This document shows, one piece after another, positions 9,315 to 17,870 of a DNA stretch of 63,917 nucleotides. The DNA lies in NCBI GenBank assembly GCA_049283735.1, contig JBAPWO010000138.1, positions 1 through 63,917 of the forward strand. Reading direction: 5' to 3'. Under the pieces are notes generated by a model, which was given only the letters and a program-made list of their open reading frames with translations, ran no database searches and was not told where the DNA came from. The translations under genes and the position numbers were made by a program. The number at the start of each line of letters is the position of its first letter. The first letter of the stretch is position 1. Source of the DNA: Candidatus Dormiibacterota bacterium. GTDB lineage: Bacteria > Chloroflexota > Dormibacteria > Aeolococcales > Aeolococcaceae.

Positions 9315-10751
9315 GGGGGCGCGGACGGCCGATCCCGGCCAGGTCACGCTGATCACCCCGGCGAGAAGCGCCACGGCAACCAGCAGCACGGCGACCGACG
9401 CGATCCCTCGTCCCGAGGCGATCACGAGCGATGTCAGGGCGACGCCAAGCGCGGCCCCGAGACCGCGCGCCATGTTCAGCAGTCCTCCGGCCGCACCGGC
9501 CCGCTGCAAAGGAGCCGAGAACATGGTCGCCGCGTTGTTCGCCGCGACGAACAGCCCCAGACCGGCCCCGGCGACCGCCAGCGCGACCACGGTCAGATCG
9601 TCCCGGCTCGCCGGGACGGCAAGCAGCGCCATTCCGGCGGCCGTCAGGAGCATGCCGGCGCCGGTCGGCACGCGGGATCCGATCCGGTCTCGGATCGCTC
9701 CGCCCAACGGAGCCACGACCATAAGTGCCACGGGAAGCGCGCTGAGCTCGAGTCCCGCCTTCACCGGGCCGATGCGGCCCAACCGCTCCAGGAAGATCGG
9801 CACGGAGACGAGGCAGCCGAAGAGGACCACGTACGAGAGCAGCGCCGCGATCGCCCCCGCCACGAAGGGCGGGATGCGTATCAACGCCGCGTCGACCACC
9901 GACCCGATCGCGCTCCGCTGTCGCATCACCGCGCCGACAACCAGGATGCAGGTGAGGCCGATGAGCACGGGCTCCGTCCACACCGGCGTCCCCGATTGGG
10001 CGGCGAAGGACAGGGCTGCGAGAACCGCCGCCGGGATAGCCGCGAGGAGCAGGGTGCCGTAGGGATCGATGCGGCTCTCCGGGTCGTGCTGCGTGCTCCT
10101 CGGCAGCAGAAACCATCCCAGCGTCAGGCCGATCAGACCGATCGGGATGTTGACCAGAAAGATCAGACGCCAGCCACCGAGCGCGGTGAGCACGCCGCCG
10201 AGGGCCGGCCCGACGCTGAGGCCGGCCGCCTGCGCCGCGCCCTGAACGCCCAGCCCGGTGCCGAGCCGAGAGGGGGGAAGCACGTCGCGGATCAGCGCGA
10301 ACGAGTTCGCCTGGAGCATCACGGCGCCGATCGCCTGCACGAGCCTCGCCAGCACGAGAAGACCGAGCGACGGCGCCACCGCGCAGGCGGCAGACCCGGC
10401 CACGAAGATGCCGAACCCGTATGTGTAGAGCAGCTTCCGACCGACCCGATCGGCGATCCTGCCCACCGCCGCAACCGTCCCCGCGAGGACGAGCACGTAC
10501 ACGAGCACCACCCATTCGACACTGGCGATGGATCCGTGTAGGTTTTTCCCGATGACCGGAAGGGCTGTGGACACGATGCTGGCGTCGAGCTGGCCCATGA
10601 AGGCGCCGACGCAGACCGTCCCCACCGCGAGCCACGGGGCGGCGTGCAATGCTCTGATGCGCGCCGGACGTCGCGGTTCGGTGAGGATTCGCGGGGTGGC
10701 GCGGCGCGGTGCCTTGGGCTCAGACACGGGTGGTCGAGCCTTCTCGCTCAA
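9303..10751 (-). CDS. MFS transporter, DHA2 (EmrB/QacA-like, 14-TM) drug-efflux type
   Basis: 482 aa, hydrophobic throughout, MFS motif A GRIADRVGRKLLY. TTG start at 10751 is uncertain (GTG 10727 also possible). The 3' end overlaps the convergent MBL gene by 12 nt. Confidence 0.85.
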   Translation of the reverse strand: MSEKARPPVSEPKAPRRATPRILTEPRRPARIRALHAAPWLAVGTVCVGAFMGQLDASIVSTALPVIGKNLHGSIASVEWVVLVYVLVLAGTVAAVGRIADRVGRKLLYTYGFGIFVAGSAACAVAPSLGLLVLARLVQAIGAVMLQANSFALIRDVLPPSRLGTGLGVQGAAQAAGLSVGPALGGVLTALGGWRLIFLVNIPIGLIGLTLGWFLLPRSTQHDPESRIDPYGTLLLAAIPAAVLAALSFAAQSGTPVWTEPVLIGLTCILVVGAVMRQRSAIGSVVDAALIRIPPFVAGAIAALLSYVVLFGCLVSVPIFLERLGRIGPVKAGLELSALPVALMVVAPLGGAIRDRIGSRVPTGAGMLLTAAGMALLAVPASRDDLTVVALAVAGAGLGLFVAANNAATMFSAPLQRAGAAGGLLNMARGLGAALGVALTSLVIASGRGIASVAVLLVAVALLAGVISVTWPGSAVRAPSSA

Positions 10752-10928
10752 TCCGGGCCTGTGTGACCGCCATCACCCCATCATCCAGCACGGCTGTGCC
10801 CTTCACCGCGCGGTCCGGCGGCACATGTCTCCACCCGGTGACGGAACGATGGTCGGCGAGATCAGATCGCTCCGGCGCTCCGATACTGCTATGACGCACC
10901 TGTCCACGCGCCCGGGAGGCCGCAACCC

Positions 10929-11318
10929 TTGACCCAGCAGCGCATTCTTCTCGCTGACGACGAACCGCGCCTCCTGCACGTGGTCGGTCTGTATCTCAGC
11001 ATGGAAGGATTCGAGGTGCGAGAGGCGTCGGATGGGACCGAGGCGCTCTCGATGCTCGAGACCGAAGAGTTCGACCTTGCCATCCTCGATGTGATGATGC
11101 CCGGGATCGACGGTATCGAGGTGTGCCGGCACATCCGCTCGCAGCCCGGCACGCAGTCGATGCCGGTGCTGGTGTTCACGTCACTTTCCTCGGACAAGGA
11201 TGTCGAGCGGGCTCGTCTGGCCGGCGCGAACCACCTGATCACCAAGCCGTTCAGCCTGCCGGGACTCGGTGCGGTGGTCCGCTCGTGCTTCGAGGACGCC
11301 CCAGCACTCACCGGCTGA
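10929..11318 (+). CDS. Stand-alone response-regulator receiver domain (CheY-like)
   Basis: 129 aa, TTG start. LLADDE, phospho-acceptor context LAILDVMMPGIDG, VFTSL, ITKPF. No output domain. Confidence 0.85.
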   Translation: MTQQRILLADDEPRLLHVVGLYLSMEGFEVREASDGTEALSMLETEEFDLAILDVMMPGIDGIEVCRHIRSQPGTQSMPVLVFTSLSSDKDVERARLAGANHLITKPFSLPGLGAVVRSCFEDAPALTG

Positions 11319-11357
11319 CCGTTCCTGGATGCTCGCCTCGTCAGGCGCAGTGCGGCC

Positions 11358-12119
11358 TCAGGCGATCGCCCGGCTGAAGCGCCGGGCGCCCACCAGGACT
11401 CCGACCACCGCGAGCGCCGCCATGATCGCGAGGCCCTTGAAGACGTCGGGGTCTGCGCCGTGGCCGTTGAAGACGTCGCGGGCTGCGGTGACGGCGTAGG
11501 AGAGCGGGTTCGCCTGTGCGACGTGCTGCAGCCACTGGGGTGCGAGCTGCAGGGGGAGCAGCACGCCGCTGAGCAGCAGCAGCGGCAGCGAGAGCGTGAA
11601 GATGAGCGGCGCGTAGGAATCCTCGCTCTTTAACGCGAGCGCGGCCGCGTAGGCGAGCGACGACATGCCGAGACCGATGAGCGCGACCAGTCCGAGCATG
11701 ACGAACACGCCTGACACCGTCGGTTGCAGCCCGAAGGGAATCGACAGCAGCAGCAGGATCATCGACTGCACGACCAGCGTCAGGATGTCGCGGAGCGCGC
11801 GCCCGAGAAGGAGTGCGAACCGGCTCACCGGCGTCACCCGGAAGCGCTCGATGACACCGGCGCGCAGCTCCGCGATCAGTCCAAAGCCGACGCCGCTCGC
11901 GCCGAACAGCCCGAGCTGGATGAGCAGCCCGGGGACGAACACGTTGTACGCGCCCCCGGACGGGAAGCCGCGCGTCTCGGTGAGCGATTTGAGCAGCGGT
12001 GCGAAGAGGACCAGGTAGAGAACCGGCTGGAGCACGCCGATGGCCACCCATGCCGGGTTGCGCAGGAACACGAAGAGATATCGCTGGAACATCAGCCACG
12101 TGTCTTTGAGGAATTTCAT
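11358..12119 (-). CDS. ABC-2-type exporter permease (DrrB-like)
   Basis: 253 aa, ATG 12119, six hydrophobic segments, immediately downstream of a DrrA-like ATPase. Confidence 0.8.
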   Translation of the reverse strand: MKFLKDTWLMFQRYLFVFLRNPAWVAIGVLQPVLYLVLFAPLLKSLTETRGFPSGGAYNVFVPGLLIQLGLFGASGVGFGLIAELRAGVIERFRVTPVSRFALLLGRALRDILTLVVQSMILLLLSIPFGLQPTVSGVFVMLGLVALIGLGMSSLAYAAALALKSEDSYAPLIFTLSLPLLLLSGVLLPLQLAPQWLQHVAQANPLSYAVTAARDVFNGHGADPDVFKGLAIMAALAVVGVLVGARRFSRAIA

Positions 12120-12131
12120 GGCGAAACGCTC

Positions 12132-13076
12132 CTATGCCGCGTCGCGCAGCGAACGCCCGGTCTGACGTAGAAACACGTCGTCGAGGCTTGGACGGGTCAG
12201 CGATAGCGACTCGAGCACGATGCCGTCGGCGTCGAGCGCGCGCAGGATCTGCGGCATCGCGGTCTCGCCGCGGTCGACGTAGAGGCGGACAACGCCGTCT
12301 CCCGAGGTGGCCTCGCGCACGAACGCCTGGCCGCGCAGCAGCTGGAGCACCCGGTCGCTCGCGTTGTCGGTGCCGACGATGACCACGTCGCCGGCGACCT
12401 GACGCTTCAGCTCGTCGGGTGTGCCGAGGGCGACGATCTTGCCGTGATCGATGATGGCGATCCGGTCGCAGAGCGCGTCGGCTTCCTCGAGGTAATGGGT
12501 CGTGAGGAAGACGGTCGTTCCAGTGTCGCGCAGCTTGCGCACCTCGTCCCACATCCGAGCCCTGCTCTGCGGATCGAGCCCGGTGGTCGGCTCGTCGAGG
12601 AACAGCAGTTGGGGCAGGTGCATGAGGCCGATCCCGATGTCGAGCCGGCGTTTCTGCCCGCCCGAATAGGTCTTGGTCGCTCTGTCGGCGCAGTCGGCGA
12701 GCTCGAGCGCGGTGATGAGCTCGGCGGCGCGCTCCTGGGCTCGCGCCTTGGTCATGCCGTAGAGCCGGCCCTGGATGACCAGCTCGGCTCGCCCCGGAAT
12801 CTCCGGCGCGCTGCTGCCCTCCTGGCTCACGTAGCCGATCTCGTAGCGCACCTTGGCCGGGGCGTGGAGGAGGTCGAAGCCCGCGACCGTTGCCTCGCCG
12901 TTGGTCGGCGGCAGCAGCGTCGACAGCATGCGCAGCATCGTCGTCTTGCCCGCGCCGTTGGGCCCGAGAAAGCCGAAGATCTCGCCCTTCCTGACGTCGA
13001 GGTCGACGCCCGCGACGGCCTCCACAGCTCCCTTGCGCGACTTGAACGTCTTGCGCAGATCGTGGGTCTCAATCAA
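12132..13076 (-). CDS. ABC transporter ATP-binding protein (DrrA/daunorubicin-resistance type)
   Basis: Track ORF 12132..13178. TTG at 13076 (LIETHDLRKTF...) is preferred because it overlaps the PadR stop by 8 nt. Walker A GPNGAGKTT, signature YSGGQKRRL, Walker B LLFLDEPTTGLD. Confidence 0.85.
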   Translation of the reverse strand: MIETHDLRKTFKSRKGAVEAVAGVDLDVRKGEIFGFLGPNGAGKTTMLRMLSTLLPPTNGEATVAGFDLLHAPAKVRYEIGYVSQEGSSAPEIPGRAELVIQGRLYGMTKARAQERAAELITALELADCADRATKTYSGGQKRRLDIGIGLMHLPQLLFLDEPTTGLDPQSRARMWDEVRKLRDTGTTVFLTTHYLEEADALCDRIAIIDHGKIVALGTPDELKRQVAGDVVIVGTDNASDRVLQLLRGQAFVREATSGDGVVRLYVDRGETAMPQILRALDADGIVLESLSLTRPSLDDVFLRQTGRSLRDAA

Positions 13077-13779
13077 TTCGTATCCCCTCAGGCGGTGTGT
13101 GCTCGCGTCGTGGCGGATGGAGCAATTTGGCGAGATGATGGTCGCGATGTCGATTGCGGCGCTCCGCGTCGGCGGCATGCATGGCCTCGAAATGCGCTCT
13201 GATCAGCGCCTCGTTCCACATGAGCGCGCCTGACTGCATGTCCGCGGTGATCGATCGGATCCACTCGATCTCGGCTGCGCCGAGGGCGATCGCATGCTCC
13301 AGCTCGAGCAGCACGAGCCTCGGAAGGCCGAGGTCGTCCTGGGCCATCCTGAGGGTGGCCTCGAGGCCGGCCACCCGTACCCGGAGGCTGACCATGCGGC
13401 TCGCCAGCGCAGCCTCCGCACGCTCCTGGGTGATGTAGCCGAGGAGGCCGACCGCAACGCGGAACACGGGCGTCTCATCGACGGGCGTCGAGAGCAGATC
13501 GGCCAGCCAGTTCTCGAGCTCCTCGCTGCCCTCGGGTGTGATCCGGTAGACGGTTCGCTCCGGTCGCCGGCCCTCGCGGCTCGTCTCGATCGGCTCGATG
13601 TACCCGGCCGCCTCCAGCTCCTCGATGGCCCGGTAGAGGGTGCGGGTCTTGCCCACCGCGTATGCCTTGTGGCGCTCCTTGAGCAGGCGCTGGATCTCGT
13701 AGGGATGGCAGGGCTGCTCGCTGAGCAGGCCGAGAGTGGTCAGGGCCACCATGTCCTTGGGTTGTGTGCGGATTTCCAT
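13069..13779 (-). CDS. PadR-family transcriptional regulator (long form)
   Basis: wHTH HPYEIQRLLKERHKAYAVGKTRTLYRAIEELEAAGYI. ATG 13779, with ATG 13752 as an alternative. A TATAGT -10-like box lies about 16 nt upstream. Confidence 0.8.
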   Translation of the reverse strand: MEIRTQPKDMVALTTLGLLSEQPCHPYEIQRLLKERHKAYAVGKTRTLYRAIEELEAAGYIEPIETSREGRRPERTVYRITPEGSEELENWLADLLSTPVDETPVFRVAVGLLGYITQERAEAALASRMVSLRVRVAGLEATLRMAQDDLGLPRLVLLELEHAIALGAAEIEWIRSITADMQSGALMWNEALIRAHFEAMHAADAERRNRHRDHHLAKLLHPPRREHTPPEGIRID

Positions 13780-13829
13780 ATTGCGAACCGCACTATAGCA
13801 CGACGCACTGCGCCGGCAAGAGAAGGCCC

Positions 13830-15044
13830 TCAGTCCTCGGAGTGTCGGGCGACCTCGTGGTGCTCCTGGAGGTATTCGCGGATCGCGATCAGCGCAGCGA
13901 TGCCGTCTCCCACAGCGGATCCCAGCTGCTTGGTCGAGCCCCGGCGGACGTCGCCGGCGGCGAACACCCCGGGAATGGAGGTCGCGAAACCGCCCTTGGT
14001 GTCGACGAACCCCCAGGCATCGAGATCCACGCTGCCACGGAGAAATTCGGTGTTGGGATCGAGACCGATGAAGACGAACGCGGCACGCGGGGTCACCACC
14101 TGCTCCTCGCCGGTGGCGCGGTCGCGGAGCCTGACCGACTCGAGCCGGTTCTTTCCGGTGAGCTCGACGACCTCGGTGTTGCGTTGCACCGTGAACTGCG
14201 GGTCGTTGTTCACCTTGTGCTGGAGGAGGCGTGAGGCGGTGAGCTCCGGCTCGCGCTGAACGACCCGGATGCGCTTGGCGAACTTCCGGAGGTACAGGCC
14301 CTCCTCGAGTGCCGAGTTGCCGCCACCGATGACCAGAAGTTCCTCGGCGCCACGGTAGAACGGCCCGTCGCAGGTCGCGCAGAAGTGAACGCCGGCGCCG
14401 ATCAGGCCGTCCTCGCCGGGAACACCGAGGCGCCGATACGACGATCCGGTGGCGATCAGCACCGCGTGCGTCTCGATCTCCTGGCCGCTTGCCAGGCGGA
14501 GGCAGAGGTCACCCGCCTCCGCGCCCTCGGCGGCGACGCGCTCGACGCTCACCGCGCTGAGGAGTTCGACCTCGTAGCGACGGGCCTGGGCGATGAAGCG
14601 CTCGGCCAGGTCCGCCCCGCCGATGCCGTCTGGGAACCCCGGGTAGTTGTCGATGCGCTCGGTGACGCCCGCCTGGCCGCCCAGCCCGCTGCGCTCGACC
14701 ACCACGGAGTCGATGCCCTCTCGCGCCGCGTAGATGGCGGCGGCGAGACCCGCCGGGCCGCCGCCGATGATCGCCAGGTCGTAGCAGGTCCGCGTGGCCT
14801 CGAGTGTGAGCCCGAGCTTGTGCGCGAGCTCCTCGTTGGTCGGATCGACGAGCACGTCCGTCGCGTCGAAGACGATCGTCGGAATCGTGCGCCCGCCCTT
14901 CTGGAGCTCCTCGACGTGTTCCAGGCCGGCGGCGTCCTCGTCGATATCGACCCAGTCGTAGGCGACGCGCTGCTCGGCCAGGAAGCGCTTCGCGCGCTTG
15001 CAGTCGGGGCACCACGGGGCGCCGTAGACGGTGACCTGGGCCAT
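13830..15044 (-). CDS. Glutaredoxin/NrdH-like domain fused to a low-Mr thioredoxin reductase
   Basis: ATG 15044 inside track ORF 13830..15635. N-terminal YGAPWCPDCKRAKRFL (CPDC). FAD site AIIGGGPAGLAAA, redox-active CATC (HFCATCDG), second dinucleotide site VIGGGNSALEE. Start overlaps the upstream stop (ATGA). Confidence 0.85.
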   Translation of the reverse strand: MAQVTVYGAPWCPDCKRAKRFLAEQRVAYDWVDIDEDAAGLEHVEELQKGGRTIPTIVFDATDVLVDPTNEELAHKLGLTLEATRTCYDLAIIGGGPAGLAAAIYAAREGIDSVVVERSGLGGQAGVTERIDNYPGFPDGIGGADLAERFIAQARRYEVELLSAVSVERVAAEGAEAGDLCLRLASGQEIETHAVLIATGSSYRRLGVPGEDGLIGAGVHFCATCDGPFYRGAEELLVIGGGNSALEEGLYLRKFAKRIRVVQREPELTASRLLQHKVNNDPQFTVQRNTEVVELTGKNRLESVRLRDRATGEEQVVTPRAAFVFIGLDPNTEFLRGSVDLDAWGFVDTKGGFATSIPGVFAAGDVRRGSTKQLGSAVGDGIAALIAIREYLQEHHEVARHSED

Positions 15045-15550
15045 CAGGTGAGCCGGGTCAGATCGGCGCTCACGCCGGACAGGGTCCCGAGGAATCGATC
15101 GACGATATTGCCCTTGGAGTCGACGATGATCACCGTCGGCGGGTCGATCACGTTGTACTCCGAGGCGATGACCTCGCTGGCGTCGTTGACGCTCGGGTAG
15201 GGGACGTTGTAGTGCTGTTCGTAAGCGGCCCCGTTGGCGCTGGATTCCTGCTCGTCCACACCGAGGAACAGCACGCCTTTCGGCGCCCATTGCGCCCCGA
15301 GTCTGTTGAGGTCCGGTTGCTCGGCGTTGCACGGGCTGCACCACGATCCCCAGAAGTCGATGACCACGACGTGCCCGCGCGTCGACGACCAGACGAACGG
15401 CAGCCCCGACAGGGTCGGGGCGGTGATCGGCGTCGCCGGGCCGGTCGGCCCGTTGCCCAGGCTCGGCACGGATGAGAGCTCCTGCTGCAGCCCGCAACCC
15501 GCCAGCATCACGGTGCACGCGAAGGCTGTCGCGACGATCCGCATGTTCAC
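15044..15550 (-). CDS. TlpA/ResA-like thiol-disulfide oxidoreductase lipoprotein
   Basis: 168 aa. Signal peptide with lipobox MLAGC. Thioredoxin-fold active site FWGSWCSPC. GTG 15550 or ATG 15544. Confidence 0.8.
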   Translation of the reverse strand: MNMRIVATAFACTVMLAGCGLQQELSSVPSLGNGPTGPATPITAPTLSGLPFVWSSTRGHVVVIDFWGSWCSPCNAEQPDLNRLGAQWAPKGVLFLGVDEQESSANGAAYEQHYNVPYPSVNDASEVIASEYNVIDPPTVIIVDSKGNIVDRFLGTLSGVSADLTRLT

Positions 15551-16374
15551 GGCGTGACCGCCATGTCCTCGAGCACGCCGCGTGCCAGGTTCTGGTCACC
15601 TTCGACGAGAACTCGCGAGCGCGCGCCGGGGTCATCGGATCGCCCGCAGGCGAGCACCGTCAGTGTGGGCAGGTCGAGCCGCAGCGTCGAGGCCGGCTCC
15701 GCGGGAACGGTCGCTGCGGAGCGCCCTTGCTCGCCGTCGAACGTGATCGAGCGCAGGGCGCCACCGGGACCGGTGACGTCGAAGACGATCACCGTTGCGG
15801 CGGGCGGGCCGACATGCTCCTGGGTTCGATTGCCCACGCCCATCAGCATCCGCTCACGGCTGTGCGCCGCGGCGATACCGTCAAGGCCACCGGGCTCATG
15901 GAGCGCGCGGCGGATGTCCTGCTCGTGAGCCCAGAGATCGAACACCCGGATGGCGAGCAGCGAACGCATCCTGGCCTCACCGAAGAGTCCACGGCCCATG
16001 TCTTTGAGCTGCGAGTCCTCGAGGGTCGCGAGACGGGCCATCCGCTCCGCCGTGACGTCGCGATACTCGGCGATCAGGTCCGCGAGGGGGACGCCACGCC
16101 GGGCGTCGACACCGACCTCCATGAACACCCCGGGTTTGCTTCGAATGTACGGGAGGCCGTCGGGCACGATGTGAGCGGCGCGCGCCCGTCCGACCAGGAT
16201 GCTTTCGAGATCGGTGATGTGGGCGACATGGTCGCGCACCGTCCAGCCGGGGCACCCGGTCGCGCGCATCGATCGCTCATCGTCGAGCGCTTCAGCCAGC
16301 TCGCCGACGTTCGAGAAGACCTCGGCGTAGGCGGTGCGGAAGCCTTCCGCGGTGCTGATGTTCCCGCTCTCCAT
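15547..16374 (-). CDS. DinB-fold protein, maleylpyruvate-isomerase-family (mycothiol-dependent enzyme-like)
   Basis: Track ORF 15547..16461. ATG 16374 (MESGN...) is preferred because it avoids overlap with the divergent gene. Signature CPGWTVRDHVAHI. Stop overlaps the TlpA start. Confidence 0.65.
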   Translation of the reverse strand: MESGNISTAEGFRTAYAEVFSNVGELAEALDDERSMRATGCPGWTVRDHVAHITDLESILVGRARAAHIVPDGLPYIRSKPGVFMEVGVDARRGVPLADLIAEYRDVTAERMARLATLEDSQLKDMGRGLFGEARMRSLLAIRVFDLWAHEQDIRRALHEPGGLDGIAAAHSRERMLMGVGNRTQEHVGPPAATVIVFDVTGPGGALRSITFDGEQGRSAATVPAEPASTLRLDLPTLTVLACGRSDDPGARSRVLVEGDQNLARGVLEDMAVTP

Positions 16375-16447
16375 CGACGTGCAGCCTAGCGCGTCGCCAC
16401 AATCAATCGCGATGCGACCAGGTGCAGATTCCGGCGGCGCCGCCGCC

Positions 16448-17149
16448 ATGACCGCCGTCAACTCGTCGGGATTTCCGGCTCCCGCGGGCGTCTACGCCGT
16501 CCCGGTCGTGCTGGCGCCACTGTCGGGGCGGCTCCACGTGCTGCTGGTGCGGCGCGCAGAGGCGCCGTTCGCCGGGACGTGGGTGCTCCCCGGTGGCTTC
16601 ATGAGCCCGAGCGAGCGGCCCGAGGAGACCGCCCAGCGCAAGCTCACCGAGAAGACCGGGGTCGGTGCCGTGTACCTCGAACAGCTGGAGACGTACGGCG
16701 ACCCGGAGCGCGATCCGCGAGGCTGGATTCCAACGGTCGCGTACCTGGCCCTCATCGATGCGGCGGTGCTCCGGGCCGACGAGTCCAGCGCGAGGTGGGA
16801 ACCGGTCGACGCGCTCCCGCCGTTGGGGTTCGACCACGCGCGCATCGTCGTCGACGCGGTTGAGCGGTTGCGCGGGAAGCTCTGGTGGTCGAACATCGCC
16901 GTCGGGCTGCTCCCGGAGCGTTTCACCATGCCCCAGGCCAGACACGTATTCGAAGCCATCAGCGGCGTGACCTACGAACCGTCGAACTTCCGGCGCGAGC
17001 TGGAGCAGTCCGGGCTGGTGCGAGCGACCGGCTCGCTCGCCAAAGGTGGTCCTGGACGCCCCGCTGCGATGTACGAGTTCGTCGAGCGACAACCGGCATG
17101 GAGCCTGCGCCGCTCGCGTCCGCCGGCGATGGTGCGACGCCGAGCCTGA
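16448..17149 (+). CDS. NrtR-like Nudix-related transcriptional regulator (Nudix domain plus C-terminal wHTH)
   Basis: ATG 16448 in track ORF 16334..17149. The Nudix box is degenerate: GFMSPSERPEETAQRKLTEKTGV, that is RK and EK instead of RE and EE. The C-terminal LLPERFTMPQARHVFEAISGVTYEPSNFRRELEQSGLV matches my memory of the NrtR wHTH. Confidence 0.65.
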   Translation: MTAVNSSGFPAPAGVYAVPVVLAPLSGRLHVLLVRRAEAPFAGTWVLPGGFMSPSERPEETAQRKLTEKTGVGAVYLEQLETYGDPERDPRGWIPTVAYLALIDAAVLRADESSARWEPVDALPPLGFDHARIVVDAVERLRGKLWWSNIAVGLLPERFTMPQARHVFEAISGVTYEPSNFRRELEQSGLVRATGSLAKGGPGRPAAMYEFVERQPAWSLRRSRPPAMVRRRA

Positions 17150-17247
17150 CCCGCGGCGGCCCGGCTGCACTCAAAACCGCGGGCATCATTCACGATTCCG
17201 GCAATCGGGCGCCCACCTCCGAGTGCCCTCCGCGAGGAGACCTGACG

Positions 17248-17763
17248 ATGACAGACCAACCCATGCCGCCCACGCCGATTCCCAGGGTGGAGGAGCTGTT
17301 CACGCACATTCCGCATCCGCGCATCGCTCAGCGCAAGCACGACAAGCCTGTGAAGGTCGACGACGGGCGCGTTGGAGTCAACGGCAAGGTCGCGCTGATC
17401 ATCACCGCGGTGGTCGGGACCATGTGGTGCGCCTACATCTTCACCTTGATCGCGCTGATCTCGCTGCCATCGGCGATCTCCAGCGGGCAGGCGATCGTGA
17501 TCGTGGCCTGGATCGCGCAAACGTTCATCCAATTGGTATTACTGCCGATCATCATCGTGGGGCAGAACATCCAGGGCAAAGCAGCTGACAAGCGGTCCGA
17601 GCAGACGTACAAGGATGCCGAGGCGATCCTCAGCGAATGCCTGCAACTGCAGGCGCATCTCCAGGCGCAGGACACGGTGCTCGACAACGTCGTCGCGCAC
17701 GTGAAGGAGCATCACGTGGAGTTGCAGAAGCTCTCCGCGAGAGTCGGACCCGCGACCGCATAG
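17248..17763 (+). CDS. Small membrane protein, DUF1003-like (two TM helices plus coiled-coil tail)
   Basis: ATG 17248 with GAGGAG 7 nt upstream, inside track ORF 16885..17763. Two hydrophobic helices, then IIVGQNIQGKAADKRSEQTYKDAEAIL, reminiscent of the DUF1003 core. Assignment is tentative. Confidence 0.5.
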   Translation: MTDQPMPPTPIPRVEELFTHIPHPRIAQRKHDKPVKVDDGRVGVNGKVALIITAVVGTMWCAYIFTLIALISLPSAISSGQAIVIVAWIAQTFIQLVLLPIIIVGQNIQGKAADKRSEQTYKDAEAILSECLQLQAHLQAQDTVLDNVVAHVKEHHVELQKLSARVGPATA

Positions 17764-17870
17764 GCGCGGGCCGGCGCCCGGGGCTGAGCCATCATCGTGC
17801 GTCGTGAGGGTGTGTTCGGCATCTAGCGTTCTGGTGTGCCGTCTGTCCATATCAGCGCGCCGGTGGGGCG

